Virus record (IMG/VR): IMGVR_UViG_3300037111_000040
Coordinates: 32,001-96,000 of that record
Source of the DNA: a virus
DNA length: 64,000 nt
Direction: 5' to 3' (one strand)
Shown: positions 9,572 to 19,480 of the stretch, in pieces
Layout: each line of letters starts with the position of its first letter
How positions within the stretch are numbered: the stretch's first letter is position 1
Made by a program: the position numbers and the translations under genes
The notes under the pieces: generated by a model
Databases searched by the model: none
Told to the model about the DNA's origin: nothing
The model's input: the letters and a program-made list of their open reading frames with translations, nothing else

Positions 9572-10816
9572 ATGGCCTTCGTGAACATGGTGCAAGAGAT
9601 GCTTGGAGTGCCGGGAATGAATCGCGGGCTTGCCGCGACAAGGATTAACGAGGCATTTCAGAAAATACAAAATGAGAACGTTTTTTCCTTCCAGTGCATC
9701 ACCGGAGGATGGTTAACCGCTAATCTTCTCGGGGGACCAACCTCCCAAAACTCGTTCCTGAGCCCCGGCACGATCACGGTCAATCCATTCAGCACAACCA
9801 TCACCGCCGACGTGGCCGCGACGATGGCGTGGGTCGCGCCAATCCCCTATCCTCCGTTCCTCACCCAGCAGCAGATCAGGTGCCCAAACTACTCGCTCTA
9901 CAACATCATCGCTTTGGGGAACAACGGGACGGTCGCATACGTCACGACGCTCACTCCGGGCTCGGGACAGACGCCGGGAACCTACACCGTGCCGATCACA
10001 GACCTTAGCGGCGGCGGCGCGGCAGCGACCGTCATCATCACCGTCGACGCGAGCGGGGCGGTTACGCTTCCGACGATTGTCAATGCTGTGGGAAGCAACT
10101 ACCAGACCCCATCGATCACGTTCGCCGAGGGAGGAACTCCGGCCACGTTCTCGGTCACGCTGATCGCGACGATCACGATTGACCGGCCTTGGATGGAGCC
10201 TCCGCAATTCAACGGCCCGTATGCGATCTACCAAGCCTACTATCCAGCGCCGCCGAACTTTAAGCGCTGGTTCAACATTAGGGACACAACCAACGACGAG
10301 GCGATGAACTGGTGGGATTACACGCAGATTGATCTTTCGGAAGAGGACCCACAGCGCGAGATATTCGACCAGCCTGAGTACGTTGTTCCGTTTCAGATCG
10401 ACAACAGGCCGGGGAGCCCGACGCTCGGCCAGATGCTTTTCGAGTTGTGGCCGCATCCGATTACCCAGTTGCCTTACACGTTCGCGTGCCAAGCCAATTG
10501 GCCTGCGCTAACGGCTCCTACCGATACTCTTCCGTACCCTCTCACCGAAGAGCTTGTGAAGGAGAGAGCTTACGAGATGGTGTCGCTGTGGAAGGAATCT
10601 CAGAAGGGCGACGACATGGAGCGCGGCTCCGGAGCAAACTGGCAATTCCTTGTTCAGGCTCATCACGAGGAGTACAAGGACTTGCTGAGACAGATCAGGA
10701 TTATGGACCGGCACTTGATGGAGTTGTACTTCACAAAGGCCGGAATGAGCGTACCGTTCAACGCAGGCGAGCCGTTCACGAACACAAACGGCAGCGCTAA
10801 CGTGGGCATGTGGTAA
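9572..10816 (+). CDS. Head-tail adaptor/connector-like virion protein
   Basis: Helical N-terminus 'INEAFQKI', 'ELWPHP' motif, position after head genes. Confidence 0.55.
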   Translation: MAFVNMVQEMLGVPGMNRGLAATRINEAFQKIQNENVFSFQCITGGWLTANLLGGPTSQNSFLSPGTITVNPFSTTITADVAATMAWVAPIPYPPFLTQQQIRCPNYSLYNIIALGNNGTVAYVTTLTPGSGQTPGTYTVPITDLSGGGAAATVIITVDASGAVTLPTIVNAVGSNYQTPSITFAEGGTPATFSVTLIATITIDRPWMEPPQFNGPYAIYQAYYPAPPNFKRWFNIRDTTNDEAMNWWDYTQIDLSEEDPQREIFDQPEYVVPFQIDNRPGSPTLGQMLFELWPHPITQLPYTFACQANWPALTAPTDTLPYPLTEELVKERAYEMVSLWKESQKGDDMERGSGANWQFLVQAHHEEYKDLLRQIRIMDRHLMELYFTKAGMSVPFNAGEPFTNTNGSANVGMW

Positions 10817-11357
10817 TTTTATGACGATTCGCAAAAGCAAATTCGCCATGCTGTTCGCGTTCGGCCTCGACGCGCCGATCTATGGCTTTTTGTTTGTCAT
10901 CTTCTTTATACTGTCCAAGATAAGTGCGTTTACCATTAGTGTTTATGTACACAATCCAGACCTGATCTCGTTCGCGCCAAGAAACTCCAGCGTGGCCGCT
11001 GTTTGTGTTCTTGTAGACGCCGCGATTTTGGCGGTTGCCGTTTTGATTGGTCACACGAAGATTGATTCTGCGGTTGTTAAGAGTATCGCCATCCCAGTGG
11101 TCTACCTGCACATTTGGATCGGTTATGCCAAGAATGTATCGGTGCATTCCCGTTCCACCATGCGTGCCTCTGGCATAAAAGCATTTCGTGTGATCGTCCC
11201 AGAGAGCAACCCAGTTTTTTATCATCAACCTTTCGTAGTCGGTTGCATCGACAACGGTTGTCTTGCCTCTAGTCAGCGCGATTATTTTGATAGACTGATC
11301 GTGCGGTTGGACAACAGGCTCTCGCTGGACGCAGTATTTGGCGGGACGCTTGGCCAT
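10797..11357 (-). CDS. HNH-AP2 homing endonuclease (antisense)
   Basis: 'IALTRGK', 'MHRYILG', 'VDHWDGDTLNNRRINLR', AP2-like C-terminus; TAGAAT -10 and GAGGTGG RBS upstream. Confidence 0.9.
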   Translation of the reverse strand: MAKRPAKYCVQREPVVQPHDQSIKIIALTRGKTTVVDATDYERLMIKNWVALWDDHTKCFYARGTHGGTGMHRYILGITDPNVQVDHWDGDTLNNRRINLRVTNQNGNRQNRGVYKNTNSGHAGVSWRERDQVWIVYINTNGKRTYLGQYKEDDKQKAIDRRVEAEREQHGEFAFANRHKITTCPR

Positions 11358-11428
11358 GATTCCACCTCGAATGGAATTGCGGTGTTCGACCGCTTTTCCA
11401 TTCTACCGCAGCTTGAAGGAGGTTTTTA

Positions 11429-11839
11429 GTGCCCACATATCCCGGACCCGGTTTAGCAACGCTTCTTCGTGTCAACCGCCAAGGATTCTTGTGGAACGTG
11501 GAAACGGTTCCTGCGGGGACCTTTCCGGGTTCGCTGAGTCAGGGGTTTTTGCTGGAACGTCTCGACAATGCTTTCTACCCGTGGGGAGCTTCGTTTGAAG
11601 TGATCTTCTCAGCAAATCCCGGAACCTTCGAAGTAGATATTTTAGGTGCCAACATTGACGCGGCACCGAACTACATCCAACTGGCAAGCATCAAGAGCAC
11701 GGGGTCTACTGGCCAAACCGGAACAAATGGATTTGTCTGGCGCTACGACATGGCGAGCAATCTATGGCCAAAGTATGTCGCGGGGTGGATGGCCAGCTTA
11801 ACCAATGCAGTTAACGTAACACTGATGGTAACTAGGTAA
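11429..11839 (+). CDS. Virion structural protein (putative)
   Basis: GGAGG RBS, GTG start, beta-sandwich-like. Confidence 0.6.
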   Translation: MPTYPGPGLATLLRVNRQGFLWNVETVPAGTFPGSLSQGFLLERLDNAFYPWGASFEVIFSANPGTFEVDILGANIDAAPNYIQLASIKSTGSTGQTGTNGFVWRYDMASNLWPKYVAGWMASLTNAVNVTLMVTR

Positions 11840-11854
11840 CACAGGAGGAATCAA

Positions 11855-12130
11855 ATGGCTATTGGCATTAACAATGTGACATCAACGGTTAACTCGATAA
11901 CCATGAACATAGCTGGAGATGGCACAAGCACATCGATGTCGTTCGATCTCAAGAAGGCTCCATTCAATCTTGTATTCAATGACAACCCTCCAGTAGCGGT
12001 GGTAAACGATCTCGGTATTGGCGGCAGTTCCGTCAGCATTTCCGGAACAATTGTCGTTGTGACGTTCTCTTCTGCTCCGGGTAATGTCAACAATTGCACC
12101 ATCTTCTTGACCTACATCGGCCTGAGTTAG
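11855..12130 (+). CDS. Small beta-rich protein
   Basis: AGGAGG RBS; 91 aa. Confidence 0.6.
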   Translation: MAIGINNVTSTVNSITMNIAGDGTSTSMSFDLKKAPFNLVFNDNPPVAVVNDLGIGGSSVSISGTIVVVTFSSAPGNVNNCTIFLTYIGLS

Positions 12131-12198
12131 AACATTGGCCGCGTGGATGAAGTCTATCGGGAACGCTGTTTTGGTAACACTCACCGTAAGGAGGTAAC

Positions 12199-15100
12199 AT
12201 GAAGCGCCTGATTTTCCTACTGACGTTGCTCGCTCCAGTCTCGGTGCTCGCTCAGGCCACGGGATCGATTCAGGGATACTGCGACCTTGGTGGAAGGCAA
12301 GCCACAATCGCCGGACTCAACTCATCCAATTATCTTCAAGGGGTGATTCCACACTGTCTGGTCAGCGTTTACCTCACGGACTCCCAGACTCTCGCGACGA
12401 TCTACAAGGACGGAAGCAACACACCGCTTACGAACCCGTTCAAAGCAACGACCATCTCTTCGACACAGACCGGGCACTGGCTCTTCTATGCGGCGCAGGG
12501 ACAAGGGTACGACGTTCAATTGAGCGGCGGTGATCCACCTCTCGTATTCCCATCCCCGGTTGTGGCGGCTGTTGATGTATTTGCGAGTGGCGGTACCGGA
12601 AGCGGAGGCTCATGCTCACCGAACATCATCTCCGCTGGATGCACAGGTGGAACCTCAGCGCCAGCCGCACAAGCCAACATTCTCGGAAATCCAGCGGCGG
12701 GTCTCTACGCCATCAATTGCACCAGCAGTTCTGACTGTCAGCCGTCTATTCTCTCCTCCGCTTTCTTCTACCAGACCGTCCAAGCGAACACCGTTTCCCT
12801 CACGCAAGAGGCTAGGCTGAATCTCAAGTCCGGTTCCAACTCCACGGTAAGCTGCGTGGATAATCCCGGAAATAATTCGACTGACTGCACGATTAGCTCA
12901 ACTGGTGGAAGCAGCGTCACTTGGCCTACATCGGGAGACTTAGTGATTTCTAACGGAACGAATACACCTACTGGCCTTCCCCCTCAACTGAACCTTTGTC
13001 TCGGCGGCGTCGCGGGGCCGGTATTCGGGGATATGCCGTGCGTGTCATCGCTGACGACTACGGGGTCGAGTGGCGCGGCTGCCTTTAACACGGTGACCGG
13101 CGCGCTCAACATCCCGGTCTATTCGAGTGGCGGTGGCGGAGGATTTACACCGGCTAATGGAATCTTTGCCGGAGACAGCGTCAACGATGACGACGGCAAC
13201 GTGATCGAGCCGACGTTCGCCTTGACGGGATTCACCTGCACGGGCGTCACATGCACGGTGACAAACAGCGGGACGAACAACCTGGCCGCTGGCGATTGGG
13301 TCAACATGCGTTTCTCGAGCGCGTGGACTTCGACCTTCTCAGCACCGACCGACATCAGCTATTCGACCGGATACACGCTTTTCAAGGTACTCTCATCCGG
13401 CTTAAGTTCTACGCAGTTTGAGTTTAGTTTTGCCAGCAGCGGCACCTGCGCCTCAACCTGCGGCGTCGCAGCCAAGGCCACATATAACCTGCCTTTCAAC
13501 ACGGCGAATCTGGCCGGGCTCAGTGGCAAACTGACGCCCTATGTGGTGATCCCGAATCCTGTCACCGAGCAGGCGCTCAACACCTATTACTCGACAATCC
13601 TGCACCCACTGAGCGAGGCAGTGACCGGCCAGCCGACCTACTTCATCTTCGGGCAGTTAGAAAACGATGCCTTTGCGAACGGTTGCACTTCGGCTGCAAC
13701 GATCGAGGCGGCGCTTAACTCCCTATGGGCGCAGGTACATGCCGACAGCAGCTCTGTGGTGGTCTGGAGCACGAACGCCGTCAACCTCGGGCAGACCGGC
13801 CTCGGAATCTGCTCCTCCGGCTACCAGACCCTGATCGCGCTGGAACAATGGCTGCCTCTTCAAGGGAAGAGCGCGGCGAATCAGGCCAGCGGCCAGTATT
13901 GGGATGGTTTCGTTGATGTGGCTCGTGTGGTCAACGATCCGGGAAACTCATCGCTCGTTGCCGGGAACGGCGGATTCGGCCCAGGCGGCGTGAACCTGGC
14001 AGCGGCAAAGATTGCGAATGTGCTGCTCTCCGGCGTGAGTGACCCACTGGACAAGCGGAGCGACTATTTTGGTTCGGCACCCGGAGTCGCGGGGGTAGGT
14101 AACGGCTTCATGCAGATTCCCACTTACGATTCTGTTTACACCTATCAGTGGTTTTCCGCTTCATCGGGAAGCACTCTCGGCTCGCAGATCATGTCTTTGG
14201 GAACGCTATTCGGTTACCAACACCTGACTGTCAATTCAGATTCTCCAAGTACCTTCAACAGCACTAGTCAAAACAGCGGAAATCATTATCCTTCTACGGC
14301 GGCGGTGCAGGAGCCTAGCAGTTCGAGCACGGCTTTTAACTACCCCATTTTTGGCGTGTTAGGCCCGAATATGCCAACGGGCTATTCGATAAAGGAAGAC
14401 CTCGGAAGAGATAATGCAACGAACGATGTGTTGAGAATGCAATTTTATTATGCCGGTGCGGGCTCAGCTTCTAACTATGCGATTTTCGGATTGTATGGGG
14501 CAAACGGTTTATCGATTGATGGCAACGGAAATGTTGTCATTCAAGGGCTTTCTCCTTCGACAAGCCCCATATGCCCACACGGAACGGGCGGCGCGTTGAC
14601 AACCAGCGGCTGTGCTAGCGGTAGCTCGGGCCTCTCGGGCATGACAGCGACTCAGGTTGGTGTCGCTGGGTCATCCAGCACGATCACCAGCAGCAAGGCT
14701 ATTGCGGGTACTGGAGCGGGGCTGGCATCGGGACCAACTTCTGCAACTGTGGCAGGAGATGTAGTGACCTACGTGGACACGGCTGGCACACAGCAGGATA
14801 GCAGCACGCTCCTCTCATCGCTGGCTCCGAAGGCCAGTCCGACCTTCACAGGAACGCCAGCGGCCCCTACTGCGACGGGGGGCACGAACACGACGCAGCT
14901 TGCTACCACGGCTTTCGTGCAGGCGGCTATTGCGGCGGCTGGGACGGGCGCAGGCATCGTCACCTATTCGGGACCGGCGCTGACTTTTACCGGGACGTTG
15001 TACTTCCCTATCGGCGGCGGCGGCTTGTCGAGTGCGACCGAGACGAATGTGGATATCGATTCACCGGCAGCGGTCACCATTCAGAACATGACGGTGCAAT

Positions 15101-16197
15101 TGAGCACCGCCCCGGGCGTTGGAAATTCGATTGCTTTCACTTGGCGCAAGAATGCTTCGAGCCAAACGCTCACCTGTACGATCAGCGGAGCATCGGCTAC
15201 TTCATGCTCAGACACGACGCACAGCTTTACGACGGCATCGCTCGATTTGCTGGATATTCAAGTTGTCACGACCGGGACCGTCGTTGGCACGCCAACTGTG
15301 GTTATGGCTGCGCAGGTTGGCGTTGCGGCCACCACGACGACTGCTTTTTCTGCCATCTCCAGCGGGACCAATACGAGTGCTGCGATGGCCGTTGGTTCGG
15401 GAGCCAGCTTAGCTCCGAGCGGCACGGGGACAGTCAGCGCAAACCAACTGAATGGCGTCCCTTTCTGCACCGGCTTTACACCGACGACGGGGCAGAATTT
15501 GCAGTACACGACCGCAAGCACCCCGAATCCTTGCTATACGGCGGCTGCTGGAGGAGGATCAACTGTAGTAGCCGCGCCGCCATACATCGAAATTGGCTCG
15601 ACATTCTACGACCCCGATATGTTTGCTGTGACAAAACCAGTGATATGCGCTTCTCAGGTTTTCATTGGCACAGGGCCGACTTGCACAAACGGAACGAACG
15701 GGAATGTCGTTCTTAGCTCTACTGCGGCGACTACAAATTATTGGTCGAAAATTTCATTGAGCAGTTCTATCGATATTGATTTCAGGCAACTGTGCGCCGC
15801 TGTTGGCACGAATAATTGCAATGGAGGAATCTGGATTCACGACAACACAAATGGGTTAGTGTGGTCACTGAGTTGGCAGCAGGGAAATGCCTCTCTCTCT
15901 ACAGCAACGCTCCAAATCGGAGAATATAACTGTACAAGCACTTGCCCCGGATCGGTTGCCCCATCTTTTGTGAGTAGTGTTGTTTATCAGGGCGCGGAGT
16001 GGTTTGGATCAAGTATTCATTTGAAGCTGTCTGTTTCAGGGACGATTCTCTCATATCTGGTTTCGACTGACGGAGGCGCTACCTATCAGACGATAGGAAC
16101 TCAGACAGTCGGCACAATTGATTTTGGGGGGATTGCTTTCTATAGCGGATTAGGGACCATTGCAGAGATAAATCTGCTTAGCACGAGCGTCATCTGA
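12199..16197 (+). CDS. Large fibre/spike-like protein with Sec signal peptide and SGNH-like domain
   Basis: N-terminus MKRLIFLLTLLAPVSVLA|Q; head-binding-like 'LATIYKD.SNTPLTNPF'; 'FAGDS' and 'ENDA' blocks; fibre motif 'APKASPTFTGTPAAPTA..GTNTTQLATTAFV'. Confidence 0.7.
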   Translation: MKRLIFLLTLLAPVSVLAQATGSIQGYCDLGGRQATIAGLNSSNYLQGVIPHCLVSVYLTDSQTLATIYKDGSNTPLTNPFKATTISSTQTGHWLFYAAQGQGYDVQLSGGDPPLVFPSPVVAAVDVFASGGTGSGGSCSPNIISAGCTGGTSAPAAQANILGNPAAGLYAINCTSSSDCQPSILSSAFFYQTVQANTVSLTQEARLNLKSGSNSTVSCVDNPGNNSTDCTISSTGGSSVTWPTSGDLVISNGTNTPTGLPPQLNLCLGGVAGPVFGDMPCVSSLTTTGSSGAAAFNTVTGALNIPVYSSGGGGGFTPANGIFAGDSVNDDDGNVIEPTFALTGFTCTGVTCTVTNSGTNNLAAGDWVNMRFSSAWTSTFSAPTDISYSTGYTLFKVLSSGLSSTQFEFSFASSGTCASTCGVAAKATYNLPFNTANLAGLSGKLTPYVVIPNPVTEQALNTYYSTILHPLSEAVTGQPTYFIFGQLENDAFANGCTSAATIEAALNSLWAQVHADSSSVVVWSTNAVNLGQTGLGICSSGYQTLIALEQWLPLQGKSAANQASGQYWDGFVDVARVVNDPGNSSLVAGNGGFGPGGVNLAAAKIANVLLSGVSDPLDKRSDYFGSAPGVAGVGNGFMQIPTYDSVYTYQWFSASSGSTLGSQIMSLGTLFGYQHLTVNSDSPSTFNSTSQNSGNHYPSTAAVQEPSSSSTAFNYPIFGVLGPNMPTGYSIKEDLGRDNATNDVLRMQFYYAGAGSASNYAIFGLYGANGLSIDGNGNVVIQGLSPSTSPICPHGTGGALTTSGCASGSSGLSGMTATQVGVAGSSSTITSSKAIAGTGAGLASGPTSATVAGDVVTYVDTAGTQQDSSTLLSSLAPKASPTFTGTPAAPTATGGTNTTQLATTAFVQAAIAAAGTGAGIVTYSGPALTFTGTLYFPIGGGGLSSATETNVDIDSPAAVTIQNMTVQLSTAPGVGNSIAFTWRKNASSQTLTCTISGASATSCSDTTHSFTTASLDLLDIQVVTTGTVVGTPTVVMAAQVGVAATTTTAFSAISSGTNTSAAMAVGSGASLAPSGTGTVSANQLNGVPFCTGFTPTTGQNLQYTTASTPNPCYTAAAGGGSTVVAAPPYIEIGSTFYDPDMFAVTKPVICASQVFIGTGPTCTNGTNGNVVLSSTAATTNYWSKISLSSSIDIDFRQLCAAVGTNNCNGGIWIHDNTNGLVWSLSWQQGNASLSTATLQIGEYNCTSTCPGSVAPSFVSSVVYQGAEWFGSSIHLKLSVSGTILSYLVSTDGGATYQTIGTQTVGTIDFGGIAFYSGLGTIAEINLLSTSVI

Positions 16198-16212
16198 CAA
16201 ATAAGGAGACAC

Positions 16213-16578
16213 ATGAAACGCATTTTCGCGGCACTCTCGGTTCTGGCTCTTGCGGCCCCGCTTGCCGTGTGCCAGGCGAAGGTGACGACGTGCGAAGTGA
16301 ATCTGACGTGGGATGCGCCGCTAAGTTCTCCTGATCCCGTTTCCAGTTATGACGCCTTCCGCGCTCCAAGCGGAGGAACTTCATATCAGCAACTCAATAC
16401 AACAGCGATCACGTCAACTACCTATAGCGATCTGACAGTTCAAGCATCTACCTACGACTACATTGTCGAGAGTGTCGATGCGAGTGGAGTGACAAGCGCG
16501 CCTTCGAACGTGGCTAGTGTCGTAGTTCCAGCCTTACCGCCATCACCGTCTAAACCAACCGTAAAGTTCAACCCGTAG
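16213..16578 (+). CDS. Exported fibronectin type III-like protein
   Basis: Signal peptide; 'VNLTWDAP', 'YDYIVESVDASG..SAPSN'. Confidence 0.75.
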   Translation: MKRIFAALSVLALAAPLAVCQAKVTTCEVNLTWDAPLSSPDPVSSYDAFRAPSGGTSYQQLNTTAITSTTYSDLTVQASTYDYIVESVDASGVTSAPSNVASVVVPALPPSPSKPTVKFNP

Positions 16579-16589
16579 GGAGGAGTTCT

Positions 16590-17126
16590 ATGAAGTCGAT
16601 AAATCTGAAGTTCGCATCATTGCTGATTTTGCTTTTCGCAGCCGCTGGCTGTAAGCCACAGGCCCCGGTCTCGCCACCGCCATCGGCAACTGTAAATTGG
16701 ACTGCTCTCCCATGCCCGACTGGATATAGCTGCGGCTACATCGTCAGTTCGGCCACATGCACGAGCGCCACAGTATGCCCAACACCATCCAGCAGTGGAC
16801 CGTACACGCCAAAACAGACGGCGAGTTCCCCGCTCACCACAAACACGTACACCGACACAGCGCCACCGACCGGAGTATACGAAGCCTACACGGTACAGTT
16901 TGTGGAGACGCCAACTGGAGGACAACCAGCAACCGGAGCACCTTCTCCTGCGTCAGCACCCGTGTTGATTGCGCTCTATCCGGGCACGCCGGGACAGCCT
17001 TCGGTAACATCTGTGGCCGAGCTTGCACCTCCGCTTTTTCCAGACGCTTCGGAACAGCAAGTCGCAAGCAACTCGATTCCTGTTGCGGTACGTCCAACAG
17101 TTAAGATTTCATACCCACGTCTGTAA
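16590..17126 (+). CDS. Lipoprotein with FN3-like domain
   Basis: Lipobox-like 'FAAAGC'; W..Y..'YTDT' FN3 pattern; Pro-rich. Confidence 0.65.
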   Translation: MKSINLKFASLLILLFAAAGCKPQAPVSPPPSATVNWTALPCPTGYSCGYIVSSATCTSATVCPTPSSSGPYTPKQTASSPLTTNTYTDTAPPTGVYEAYTVQFVETPTGGQPATGAPSPASAPVLIALYPGTPGQPSVTSVAELAPPLFPDASEQQVASNSIPVAVRPTVKISYPRL

Positions 17127-17167
17127 GTTGAACGCGATCTATAATTACGTTCGAGAAAGGTAAGAAA

Positions 17168-17506
17168 GTGGGCACGACAAGCGAGGCAATCGTGGCAGAA
17201 CCTAAAACAAATAGCGAAGGAATGGCTGAGTGGATGAAGTGGGGCATATCCGCGCTCGTTTCAGCCCTCACCACGACTGCTCTGGGAGCGTGGTATATGT
17301 CAGCCACGCTCACCACTATAAACGACCATCTGGATCGCCTCGACAGCGGAGAGAAGGCAATCATGGAGCAACATGCGGCGCTCTCGGACCAGATTTATAC
17401 GATCAACGAGGAGCAGAATATCGTGATCACACTGCTGCATGATGAGCATACAAGCAGGATTCCGCTTCCGAGTCCTTCGAAGCACGATGGGTTTTCCGAC
17501 CGTTAG
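17168..17506 (+). CDS. Single-TM coiled-coil membrane protein (holin/spanin-like candidate)
   Basis: One hydrophobic helix followed by a heptad segment. Confidence 0.5.
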   Translation: MGTTSEAIVAEPKTNSEGMAEWMKWGISALVSALTTTALGAWYMSATLTTINDHLDRLDSGEKAIMEQHAALSDQIYTINEEQNIVITLLHDEHTSRIPLPSPSKHDGFSDR

Positions 17507-17520
17507 GAAAGGTGAAAGAG

Positions 17521-18849
17521 ATGGGAAACTGGATTCAGCTACTTGCTCAATTGGTCGCCAGCATCCTTGAACGCGCATTTGGAACCAAACCAAATACCTT
17601 GCTGACAATCACAGGGATCATAGGTGGCGTCGCTGCCATTTTAGCGGCGCTTCCAAGTTCGGTGATTCCGGCCAAGTACCAACCATACCTCATAAGCGCC
17701 GCTGGGTTTTTCTCCGTCTTGGCTGGCGTGCTCGGCTACGGGAAGGGCACCACGCCGCCTCCACTCGCGCCGCCGTTGAACCAGACGAACGTGAAGCCGC
17801 TGTCGCCGCGATTCAACTGTCATCCATACGTGAAGCGCCTTGCCGCTGGAGTCCCGACCGCGTCTGGTGCGTGGGAAGTTGATGACCTTTGCGCTGCCTA
17901 CGAGTGGCCGACCGGTCTGAAAGGGGGAGGAACCATCGGGATCGTGGAGCTTGGCGGCGGGTGGGTGCAATCGGACATTGACGCCTACTTCCAGTCCATC
18001 GACCAGCCATCGCCATCTCTGACAGATGTGTCGGTCGATGGAACGAAGAATTCTCCGGGTAACGACAATGATATGGAGGTTGCTCTCGATATTGAGGTCG
18101 CGGGTGCCGCCTACTTCGTGGCCACCGGCAAGCCAGCCACCATTCGCGTGTACTGGTCACAGGACATTGCTTCGGCGGTCGCCAAGGCTTCCAAGGATGG
18201 CTGCGCCGTTTGCTCTATCTCGTGGGGCGCTGACGAAGCCGCATGGGGATCGGAAGCTTGCAAGCAAATGGATGCTGCAGCAAAGGCCGCGACCGATGCC
18301 GGGATGGTAGTGTTTGCCGCTTCCGGAGACAATGATTCAAGCGACGGCGGTCGCAATGCCGCCAACGTGGATTGCCCAGCGTCATGCCCGCACGTGGTGG
18401 GATGCGGCGGCACGTCGAAGACAGCAAGCAGCGAGACGGTTTGGAATAACAACCCCGGCAAAACGGACGGCTCTGGAACTGGCGGCGGATATTCCACCAT
18501 TTTCCCGGCTCAGGCTTGGCAAGTAGACATCCCTCCAGCGCCCAAAGGTCTGGGCCGCATGGTCCCCGATCTTGCCGCCAACGCCGATCCCGATACTGGG
18601 TACCTAATTTTTCAAGGGGGGCAGCAACAGATTGTTGGAGGAACGAGCGCCGTGGCACCGTTGTACGCTGGCCTGTTCGCGGCGTGGGGTAGGAAGGTTG
18701 GATTCATCTCGACAAGGCTTTGGGATCATCCACCCTCTTTCACGCTCATTACCACGGGCGGTAACGGCCAGTACGAAGCTGGGCCGAAGCCGAGCCCATG
18801 CACTGGTCTGGGTGTGCCAATCGGGAAGAAACTTTCACAGATTTTTTGA
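17521..18849 (+). CDS. S53 (sedolisin/kumamolisin) serine protease fused to an N-terminal two-TM domain
   Basis: 'EVALDIE' (E-xxx-D), 'AASGD', 'GGTSAVAP' catalytic Ser, 'CTGLGVP' C-terminus; two hydrophobic helices at the N-terminus. Confidence 0.88.
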   Translation: MGNWIQLLAQLVASILERAFGTKPNTLLTITGIIGGVAAILAALPSSVIPAKYQPYLISAAGFFSVLAGVLGYGKGTTPPPLAPPLNQTNVKPLSPRFNCHPYVKRLAAGVPTASGAWEVDDLCAAYEWPTGLKGGGTIGIVELGGGWVQSDIDAYFQSIDQPSPSLTDVSVDGTKNSPGNDNDMEVALDIEVAGAAYFVATGKPATIRVYWSQDIASAVAKASKDGCAVCSISWGADEAAWGSEACKQMDAAAKAATDAGMVVFAASGDNDSSDGGRNAANVDCPASCPHVVGCGGTSKTASSETVWNNNPGKTDGSGTGGGYSTIFPAQAWQVDIPPAPKGLGRMVPDLAANADPDTGYLIFQGGQQQIVGGTSAVAPLYAGLFAAWGRKVGFISTRLWDHPPSFTLITTGGNGQYEAGPKPSPCTGLGVPIGKKLSQIF

Positions 18850-18857
18850 GGAGCATT

Positions 18858-19466
18858 ATGAATCGTAGAATGTTTTTGCAACTCTCAGGAACCGGTGCAG
18901 CGGTCGCGGTGGCGGCACCGACCGTATTGCTGACGACTGGATGCTCGACAGCGTGGATCACGACGGTCATCGACGATATACCGGTCGTAATCAACATCGT
19001 GAACAGCGTGGTGTCGGTGATCGCTGAGGCAACCAGCAATGGGGGCCTGCCTGCAAGCGTCGCAGCGGCTCTCACGACGGCCATGAACGTTGCGATTGCC
19101 TCGCTCAACGCGTTCCAAGACGCGGCCAACGCCTACAACGCGAACAAGTCGCAGGGCAACCTAAACGCGCTGATTGCGGCACTGACGAAGGTACAGAGCG
19201 ACGTACAGGGCGTCATCGCAACTCTCCCGGCTGGATCAGTATCGCCATCCATCGTCGCCGTGATCGTAGCGGCTTTGGGAACGGCCATCTTGACTCTGTC
19301 CAGCATTCAGGCGCTCATTCCCGGCGCAGCGCCAGCAGTGGTGACGGCGAGGGCTGTGGCAGCGGTCGCGACAGGCAAGGTCGAACCGCCTAATGCGGCC
19401 ACTTTGAAGTCCAGCTTCAACGCGGTTCTCGGGCTTCACGGATACCAGAAATTCCAATTGCAATAA
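18858..19466 (+). CDS. Tat-exported helical lipoprotein
   Basis: 'MNRRMFL' twin-arginine motif and 'LLTTGC' lipobox; GAGGAG RBS. Confidence 0.7.
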   Translation: MNRRMFLQLSGTGAAVAVAAPTVLLTTGCSTAWITTVIDDIPVVINIVNSVVSVIAEATSNGGLPASVAAALTTAMNVAIASLNAFQDAANAYNANKSQGNLNALIAALTKVQSDVQGVIATLPAGSVSPSIVAVIVAALGTAILTLSSIQALIPGAAPAVVTARAVAAVATGKVEPPNAATLKSSFNAVLGLHGYQKFQLQ

Positions 19467-19480
19467 GATCGAGGCGAACG

